DNA of 64,000 bases. It comes from Macrostomum hystrix. Taxonomy: Eukaryota > Animalia > Platyhelminthes. Numbering within the stretch: the first letter of the stretch is position 1; each line of letters opens with the position of its first letter. The DNA lies in contig CATNEN010000038.1 of the NCBI GenBank assembly GCA_950097015.1, forward strand, positions 25,110,001 to 25,174,000. Reading direction: 5' to 3'. This document shows, one piece after another, positions 12,405 through 64,000 of this stretch. The notes beneath the pieces were generated by a model that ran no database searches, was not told where the DNA came from, and was given only the letters and a program-made list of their open reading frames with translations. The position numbers and the translations under genes were made by a program.

Positions 12405-12770
12405 GGGGGTGAGTGGCAGAGCGGTTAACGGGTTGTCTTTGCTAATCTCGCACCAAGGTGCCTAAGCTCGATTCCGTGGCGAGGCCACATTAATTTAGGG
12501 CGCGGCAGAGGAGAGAAGGCTTGGACGCTTGTCGTGCAGTTTACGCCCTTTATGGCCAATGTCCAAGGCACAGTGAGAGTGTACACTGCCTGACGATGAG
12601 ACAGTCAGGGCAGATGTACACACCTGTGTGAGCGTGTGCCTACGTACAGTATCTGTGTGCGTGTTTGCTCAGGAGTCAGTGAAATGAGCAGAATTGCCTA
12701 CTACTCGCTGGCTGCGGGTCTAGTGTCACCAAATGATGTGCCATTGCCCGCAAACCTCCAGCAATTAGTA
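12405..12770 (+). mobile_element. SINE family A, near full-length copy
   Basis: A-box TGGCAGAGCGG, B-box-like GCTCGATTCC, full body and 3' hairpin. Confidence 0.88.
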
Positions 12771-13415
12771 CTAATTTTGCTTTTCTCCTATCAGTGCATC
12801 AGAAATTTCTGCGGGCAAGCCTGTCAGCCCATTCTGGATGGTTCTGGTGGCAGATTTCGCTCCGTGTTCTTTATTAAGAGCTCTATGACTCAATACTCGA
12901 GTCTCGTGGGTCTCAAAGCCGAGTATGTAAACCTTGAGTAGGATAATTATCAGTCAGAGGGTATTATTTATAGGCTTTTCAAGGCTGATCAAACGGAAGC
13001 TACTCAAATTGCAGAGTAGCTTCCGTTTGGATACTGACAGCGCTGATGCGATGACACAGGTGCACAGGTGCGCTTTCCCAGGCTAACGACCCTCCTGTCA
13101 TTATTTCTAGTGGGCTCAGACAACTTATCATCAAATGGAACTGAACCTCACAGGCCCTAGTAACATAATCTTTAGTCTGTTATTGCAATGATCAAAGCTC
13201 AGGTCAGTGTGACTAATTATAAAACATGAAGCATCTAATGAGAGGGTTTGTCACAAGGCTACGGTAAAAAACAATAAATGAATTGCTAATTATGTATTTT
13301 AGATTTGACGAGCGATATTTTATCTAATTCTAAATCCCTCTTGTCCAGTCCCGAAGGTCCTCAGCCAATCACGCAGTCCATTCAGTACCAGCCGAATCGC
13401 CATCCGGCAGCGCCG

Positions 13416-14513
13416 ATGCTACCAGCTGTGCTGAACACTAGCTGCGATGATAGCTTTCTCGTGGCCACCCACCATCCGGGTAAATTTCTGCTGGGCGCCA
13501 CACTGAGCCTGACCCTGCTGCAGTGCGCGCTGCTGCTCTTCGGCGTCTGCTGCAACACCGTAGGCTACGTCGCTTTGCACTGCAGCCCGCTATCGGCAGA
13601 TCTCGTCGTCCAGTTCCGCTCCCTGATTATTGGCGACCAGTTCTTTCTGCTATTCAACCTATTGGACTCCGGCATTCACCTGGTGGAGAACCTGGGCCCG
13701 GTGAAGGCACCGCTGCTGCTATACATGGCTGCATGGTCGCATCCCATTGTGTGGGCCCTGCGCACCAGCGTGTTCAGCTTTCACAGCTGGACAATGGCCC
13801 TACTAAGCCTGATTAAATCTATCAAAGTCACCAGACCGTGGCGTCAGAGAAGACAGCCGAGACTAATGCGCCTTCTGACAGCCGCCACATTGGCCTACAG
13901 CTTCGCTAGCAACTGTCCCGCGATTGCACTGTTCACCAACTTCAGCGTCTCGTACATTGCACTTTGCCCAGACGGCTACCGGCTGGCTAGCAAGGCCTAC
14001 CTCACCAAAGATGCCAACAGCACGACCATGCACGAAAGATCTATTACGGACTATGCTTCGCCAATATTCCTAGCGGTGAATGTGACCCTGCTGCCGGTGC
14101 TGCTGACGCTCGTCTGCAACCTCGTCACTCTGTGGCGCCTCCGCGAGCGCTCCGGTGGACTCCGCGGCCCCGGCAGCGGTCGCGTCATGCTGGCCCTGCT
14201 GCAGCACCGCAGCGCCCAGGCCACGCGGACGATTCTGGTGCGAACCAACACCTTCCTGGCCTTCCAGGTGCCCGTGCTGATGTGGACGCTTGTTGACACC
14301 TGGTTCTGGGCCAGTCTAGAGCCGTCCGTATTTTCCTGCCTGGTTGTGGTTAGCAACACGCTCAGTCAGGCGTTCTTTGCCACCAGCTTCGTCGTGTGCG
14401 TCGCCTGCGATAGAGGGCTGAAGCGGAGATTCAACGAAACGGCAATCAGCTGCGTGCCAGCCTGCCTGCGCAAGAGGACATCGCCAAGACGTTTGCCAAC
14501 AGCCGTGAATTGA
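13416..14513 (+). CDS. Divergent rhodopsin-like (class A) GPCR, single coding exon
   Basis: Seven hydrophobic segments: GVCCN (TM1), LIIGD (TM2), LLSLIKS..VTRPW (TM3), LLPVLLTLVCN (TM5), TFLAFQVP (TM6), SNTLSQAFFATSFVV (TM7), plus an N-terminal NTS glycosylation site. First in-frame ATG is 13416; the ORF is open from 13305. Confidence 0.8.
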   Translation: MLPAVLNTSCDDSFLVATHHPGKFLLGATLSLTLLQCALLLFGVCCNTVGYVALHCSPLSADLVVQFRSLIIGDQFFLLFNLLDSGIHLVENLGPVKAPLLLYMAAWSHPIVWALRTSVFSFHSWTMALLSLIKSIKVTRPWRQRRQPRLMRLLTAATLAYSFASNCPAIALFTNFSVSYIALCPDGYRLASKAYLTKDANSTTMHERSITDYASPIFLAVNVTLLPVLLTLVCNLVTLWRLRERSGGLRGPGSGRVMLALLQHRSAQATRTILVRTNTFLAFQVPVLMWTLVDTWFWASLEPSVFSCLVVVSNTLSQAFFATSFVVCVACDRGLKRRFNETAISCVPACLRKRTSPRRLPTAVN

Positions 14514-15409
14514 GATGCTATAAAGCGGCGACTCAACGAGACAATCAGTTAAAAATCTCGCGCTAATGAGAAACTACGAACTTTTACTAAGTGAGAGAGT
14601 AAATTAATTGTCGTTTTGAGCACATCCAATGCCATTGATAATGTTGGACAGCCACAGCATATCAAATAATATTTTAATAGATTTCTATTTTACGTTAAAT
14701 CAAACTTTACAAACTTCAGATTGTATTTTTGAAAATGTTTTTCCTGATTAAATTTATCTAAAAGACAATGGTCACTTTACGTTCTAAACATCGCCACATG
14801 AGATCCACGACATCCAAGTCTTGTAAGACTGGTTAGGGACATGTCCTGCACATAGTTACAAAACACTCCTATAGCAAATGCCCAGAGGAAATGAGCTCAC
14901 TCGGACTCAGCCGTACTCAATCCCGTAGCTGAAAGCAAACCATTCATTTCCTAACCGGCGAAATCACACGTTCTTCCTGTGTTACTCGTAGATATAGCCG
15001 CGAGAAATAGTACTAGTAACTCTTATGAAGCATATTGCGACATAGCAACGCTGGACTATGCAAATGTAACTACAGGCCCTAAATTTAGCAGGAAGATGTC
15101 TAATTATAAATATATAATCATCAAAGAGCGCTAACGTGTTGGATAGGAGGAGAATTATCTTTGCAACTATTTTTGGAAGATAAATTTACTGACTTTTTTG
15201 CATTAGTTTGCAACGTTTCCACAGATTATTGTACGAGGGCGCTAGGTAGGGCAGATGTCGGCAACATAGGATAATGCGACCATTGGTCTCTTTCAACCAC
15301 ATACACACTCCAGTGTCTCATCTAGATGCCACGTCTCTACACTATCTCGTCTCATCTCCGCCATATATCACCTTTCTTGACCTTCATTTCTCCCCTATAT
15401 GATCTCTTC

Positions 15410-16160
15410 CATGTCTCATCTCTCTGGTGTCTCATCTCTCTGGTGTCTTATCTCTCTGGTGTCTTATCTCTCTGGTGTCTCATCTCTCTGGTGTCTCATC
15501 TCTCTGGTGTCTCATCTCTCTGGTGTCTCATCTCTCTGGTGTCTTATCTCTCTGGTGTCTTATCTCTCTGGTGTCTCATCTCTCTGGTGTCTCATCTCTC
15601 TGGTGTCTCATCTCTCTGGTGTCTCATCTCTCTGGTGTCTTATCTCTCTGGTGTCTTATCTCTCTGGTGTCTCATCTCTCTGGTGTCTCATCTCTCTGGT
15701 ATCTCATCTCTCACCTGTCTCATCTCTCTGGTATCTCATCTCTCACCTGTCTCATCTCTCTGGTATCTCATCTCTCACCTGTCTCATCTTTCCCCCGTCT
15801 TATCTCTACCGTATCTCATCTCTCCCCCGTCTTATCTCTACCGTATCTCATCTCTCCCCCGTCTCATCTCTCCCCCGTCTCATCTCTCCCCCGTCTCATC
15901 TCTCCCCCGTCTCATCTCTCCCGAGTCTCATCTCTCCCGAGTTTCATATTCCCCCGTCTCATCTCTACCGTATCTCATCTCTCCCCCGTCTCCTCTCTCC
16001 CCCGTCTCATCTCTCCCCCGTCTCATCTCTCCCGAGTCTCATATCTCCCGAGTTTCATATTTCCCCCGTCTTATCTCTCCCGAGTCTCATCTCTTCCGTG
16101 TCTCATTTCTCCTATGTCTTATCTCTCCCTTGTCTCATCTCTCCCCTGTATTATCTCCCC
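15410..16160. repeat. 16-17-bp pyrimidine-rich tandem repeat (tctcatctctctggtg grading into tctcatctctcccccg)
   Basis: Repeat is directly visible; the three overlapping ORFs here are repeat artefacts. Confidence 0.92.
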
Positions 16161-16929
16161 TATGTCAAATTTTCCATATGATCTCAGCTTTCACTGCCCG
16201 ATCTTTTCTCTGCCTTATCCCTCGCCTCTTTCCTCTGTTCTCTTTTAAACAGTCTATAAGCTGTCTATTTCTTAAAACGTTTTTTAACGATGATCCATCG
16301 ATGCATAAAGTCCGTGCCCTGGTCTGGACGTGTGATTTCATTCTAGTTAAAAAATCGACTCTAGCGCATGATATATTTCACAGTAAATGTTTTTTTACAA
16401 TCATCGAAAACGGAAGCTCGCTGAAGTGTCTATTTTTGTAAAAAAATAAAACCGACGATGTTGGAAGCCTATTATTCTGTCTGTTGAAACACTGCTTGCT
16501 TGTGTCATCAACTTCACTTTTTATAGATTAAAAAAAAACATTTGAAATTCAAACAATTTCATATGAAATTTACAGTATTTTGATATATTGATCTCTATTT
16601 ACAGTAACTTTCTAATCTCTTGTTAAACTGATGCGATTCTAGCATAATTAAAGTGCATTCGTATAGTATCTGCGTGACTTATGTAGCTAGATAAATTTTT
16701 TGTTATAAAAAACTTTCATGTGTTTCAAGGCTTGTGAATTTTGTTTGACAAAGTTTACAAGCTTCAAAGACTATGAGACATGAAAGGCCAAGATCACTAA
16801 TAGCATATTTATCGGCTCTGGAACTCAGTTTTTGAGCAGTATTTTACGGAGTTAAGCTATTACCTAACTCAATGATGAAGAATATAATGATTGACTTACT
16901 GAATGATCAAAGATGCAATTACTCACATA

Positions 16930-18400
16930 CTGAGCTGAATGATCATAAACACAATGACTCACGCACTGAATGATCATAAACACAATGAATCACGCACTGA
17001 ATGATCATAAACACAATGACTCACGCACTGGATGATCATAAACACAATGAATCACGCACTGAATGATCATAAACACAATGAATCACGCACTGAATGATCA
17101 TAAACACAATGAATCACGCACTGGATGATCATAAACACAATGACTCACCTACTGAGCTGAATGATCATAAACACAATGACTCACGCACTGAATGTTCATA
17201 AACACAATGACTCACCTACTGAGCTGAATGATCATAAACACAATGAATCACGCACTGGATGATCATAAACACAATGACTCACGCACTGAATGTTCATAAA
17301 CACAATGACTCACCTACTGAGCTGAATGATCATAAACACAATGAATCACGCACTGGATGATCATAAACACAATGACTCACCTACTGAGCTGAATGATCAT
17401 AAACACAATGAATCACGCACTGGATGATCATAAACACAATGACTCACGCACTGAATGTTCATAAACACAATGACTCACCTACTGAGCTGAATGATCATAA
17501 ACACAATGAATCACGCACTGAATGTTCATAAACACAATGACTCACCTACTGAGCTGAATGATCATAAACACAATGAATCACGCACTGGATGATCATAAAC
17601 ACAATGACTCACCTACTGAGCTGAATGATCATAAACACAATGACTCACGCACTGAATGTTCATAAACACAATGACTCACCTACTGAGCTGAATGATCATA
17701 AACACAATGAATCACGCACTGGATGATCATAAACACAATGACTCACCTACTGAGCTGAATGATCATAAACACAATGAATCACGCACTGGATGATCATAAA
17801 CACAATGACTCACGCACTGAATGTTCATAAACACAATGACTCACCTACTGAGCTGAATGATCATAAACACAATGAATCACGCACTGAATGTTCATAAACA
17901 CAATGACTCACCTACTGAGCTGAATGATCATAAACACAATGAATCACGCACTGGATGATCATAAACACAATGACTCACCTACTGAGCTGAATGATCATAA
18001 ACACAATGACTCACGCACTGAATGTTCATAAACACAATGACTCACCTACTGAGCTGAATGATCATAAACACAATGAATCACGCACTGGATGATCATAAAC
18101 ACAATGACTCACCTACTGAGCTGAATGATCATAAACACAATGAATCACGCACTGAATGATCATAAACACAATGACTCACGCACTGAATGTTCATAAACAC
18201 AATGACTCACGCACTGGATGATCATAAACACAATGACTCACGCACTGAATGATCATAAACACAATGACTCACGCACTGGATGATCATAAACACAATGACT
18301 CACGCACTGGATGATCATAAACACAATGACTCACGCACTGAATTATCATAAACACAATGACTCACGCACTGAATGATCATAAACACAATGACTCACGCAC
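16930..18400. repeat. Minisatellite of 31-bp and 36-bp units (tgaatgatcataaacacaatgactcacgcac / ...cctactgagc)
   Basis: Repeat is directly visible; includes a 366-bp higher-order duplication (17401 vs 17767). Confidence 0.95.
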
Positions 18401-19079
18401 TAACTCATTATCAGTAGTATATAGTGGCGACACACCCTACGGTGGTCTTGTAGAAAACCAAACAGAAAGTCTTTGTCATCTAGTTGATGTGCTAATACTT
18501 CACACGAATTGGGCCAAACTATAAAGCAACAAAGTTTATTTGAATTACGACAGTTTTTAAGCAATAAAAAATACAATTTCTGCTGAAACATTTACACAAT
18601 TTATAAAATAGTTTCTTGGTGGCTTCTATGTGCATATTATGCTTTTAGACGCATTGGTATTCATTATCAACAATTATGTTAGCACTAAACACCAGTTAAA
18701 TTTGAACATTATACAGATTTGTTCAGCATTGCGCACAGCTACAATTGTATTTTACTTCTGTAAAGAAGCACTGGTGAAGGAAAGACACGCGTTGCGTGGA
18801 GATCAACCGTATATGAAATGGCAGTAAAACACAGTTTGAATTGGTCTTTTGAGCTAATATCGCATACTGAATGGCAGTGTTATTGGCACCTGATCAATAC
18901 TTTAGTTGGTACTATTGAGACTTGTTTACCACAGACAATTATTTATTAATTTCATAGCATATAACACGAGCTGAATATCACAAAATACGATTGTCTTCAG
19001 TAAGCATATAGTGACTAAATTAATAAAAACATTTTTTGAAAAAGCAACCGATTTCCACATCTAGCTTTGAAGGAGATGA

Positions 19080-19470
19080 TTCTGCCTCGTTTACCAATGT
19101 CCCTAAGCTCGATTCCGCGGCTAGGCTACATTAAATTGGGGGCTTGTCAAGCAATTGACGCCCTTGAGGGCCAACCTCAAAGTTAAAGTGAGAGTTCGCA
19201 CTGCCTGACGATGAGAAAGTCGGAGCAGATGTACATAACTGTGTAAGCGAGTGCCAGTGTACAGTATCTGTGTGCGTCTATGTTCAGGAGTCAAGCGAAA
19301 TGGGCAGAATTGCCTGGTCGCTGGCTGCGGGTCTAGTGTCACCAAATGATGTGCCATTGCCCACTGCCCCCCTGCAATTAATAATAAATCTTTGATTTTT
19401 CAAAGCCTAGTGGTTAGATCGTCGGACTAATTGAGGGTGGGTGTGGCGTCCCCACGGTTCATGGACTGAT
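19080..19470 (+). mobile_element. SINE family A copy (~19080-19386) followed by a family B fragment (~19405-19470)
   Basis: Matches the other copies in the window. Confidence 0.75.
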
Positions 19471-19607
19471 CTGGGACAGGTGTAATCAAATTTAGTTGTT
19501 AATAATGAATTACACAATTATGACCTATTTTCGGTTATTTTCCTTTTGATTTTCTGTTTTAGATTTTTACACAAATTCCACTAGTTCTACTATAAGTAGC
19601 TGATTTA

Positions 19608-62346
<42,739 letters not shown>

Positions 62347-62879
62347 CTGAAAGTTGAATAAAGAGTAACAAATTATCGATATCATATTCTGCAGTCGAGT
62401 ATTAGGACTCAAGTTGAGTTCGCTTCAATGCTGCCGAAGCAATAAATATTATTTAAAACTTTTTTTAAGTTGAGCGGAAAATTCTCTCCTCTCTTACGCA
62501 TCCTTGATGAGATGAGCTATTATCGGTAAAAATCTGATAATGCCGAAGTATATTTTATAGCCCTAATTTTAGCCACTGGGTTTATGCTGATTAATCATTT
62601 GAAAGCCAGTTATCTCACGCAGAACTGTACGCAAAAAATTAATATTTTAAATCTGTGGATGAGTCTCTTCGCATCTTGACCTGCAGGATTCATCGAAATA
62701 AATCTTCGATAAATACTGTTTAATCAGGTAAATAGGAAAAATATTTCTCTTAGAATACTTTTTTATAAGAATATATTTTAATTGTTAGTATATAAGAAGA
62801 CTATGTATGTGCTTTCCACAATAATGACACAGAATTATATTGTTCCATTTATTTTAGCTCTCAATTAAAATAAGACACT

Positions 62880-63890
62880 TCCACTGACACACATCACCCA
62901 CCACCCCACCGCATCTTATCGCCTGCACCGACAACCATCACCCACTGCTCTTATCTCCTGCACCAACACCCATCACCCACCACCCCACCGCATCTTATCG
63001 CCTGCACCGACACTCATCACCCACCACCCCACTGATCTTATCGCCTCCACCGACACCCATAACCCACTGCTCTTATCTCCTGCACCAACACCCAACACCC
63101 ACCACCCCACCGCATCTTATCGCCTGCACCGACACCCATCACCCACTGCTCTTATCTCCTGCACCAACACCCAACACCCACCACCCCACCGCATCTTATC
63201 GCCTGCACCGACACCCATCACCCACCACCCCACCGCATCTTATCGCCTACACCGACACCCATCACCCACTGCTCTTATCTCCTCCACCAACACCCATCAC
63301 CCACCACCCCACTGATCTTATCGCCTCCACCGACACCCATCACCCACTGCTCTTATCTCCTCCACCAACACCCATCACCCACCACCCCACTGATCTTATC
63401 GCCTCCACCGACACCCATAACCCACTGCTCTTATCTCCTACACCAACACCCAACACCCACCACCCCACCGCATCTTATCGCCTACACCGACACCCATCAC
63501 CCACTGCTCTTATCTCCTCCACCAACACCCATCACCCACCACCCCATTGATCTTATCGCCTCCACCGACACCCATAACCCACTGCTCTTATCTCCTCCAC
63601 CAACAGCCATCACCCACCACCCCACCGCATCTTATCGCCTACACCGACACCCATCACCCACTGCTCGTATCTCCTCCACCAACACCTATCACCCACCACC
63701 CCATTGATCTTATCGCCTACACCGACACCCATCACCCACCACCCCACCGCATCTTATCGCCTAAACCGACACTCATCACCCACCACCCCGCTGCTCTTGT
63801 CGCCTCCACTGACACTCATCACCCAGTGCACTTATCGCCTTCACCGACACCCATCACCCACCACCCCACTGCTCTTGTTACCTCCACTCG
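62880..63890. repeat. C/A-rich compound tandem repeat (~34 and ~45-bp units; caccgacacccatcacccac...tcttatcgcct)
   Basis: Repeat is directly visible. Confidence 0.9.
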
Positions 63891-64000
63891 CGCGAAAAAA
63901 TTCTTACCGACACTCGCCAGCCGCCTGATATCCAGTTGTAGCCGATGATTTGTGGACCCAGCCGAACCCAGAAACTGACCTCCTCTGGTCACAAACTGGC

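Noticed and set aside
12580-12625. CTGACGA...GA(A/C)A in SINE-A resembling a hammerhead core
   Set aside because: Only 3 nt lie between CUGANGA and GAAA and there is no stem III/NUH; it folds as a plain hairpin.
15326-16441. 371/260/273-aa ORFs open in all three frames
   Set aside because: Stop-free 16-17-bp repeat; no domain signal.

Overview
Eukaryotic (metazoan) genomic DNA with GT-AG introns, many tandem-repeat arrays and tRNA-derived SINEs. The overall style suggests a flatworm such as Macrostomum, but that is inference only. The + strand carries a 3-exon FMC1 homolog, an intronless RBX1, a 2-exon ZIP (SLC39) zinc transporter and a divergent class-A GPCR. The - strand carries most of a large unc-13/Munc13 gene (19608 to beyond 62346; the C2A exons probably lie past the window end), and about 25 phase-consistent exons can be read directly. 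An unc-13 intron holds an intact 6.05-kb APE-RT-RNase H non-LTR retrotransposon (Loa/R1-like) inserted into a SINE with a 12-bp target-site duplication. Main findings: (1) a complete HDV-like ribozyme fold whose predicted cleavage G is exactly the first base of the retrotransposon; (2) tandemly duplicated 128-nt exons for the Ca2+/lipid-binding loop of the UNC-13 C2B domain that can only be used one at a time; (3) a calmodulin-binding exon and a 1.84-kb exon with identical phases that appear to be alternatives; (4) an excess of TA-CGAG-TA / TA-CTCG-TA motifs resembling DNA-transposon excision footprints.
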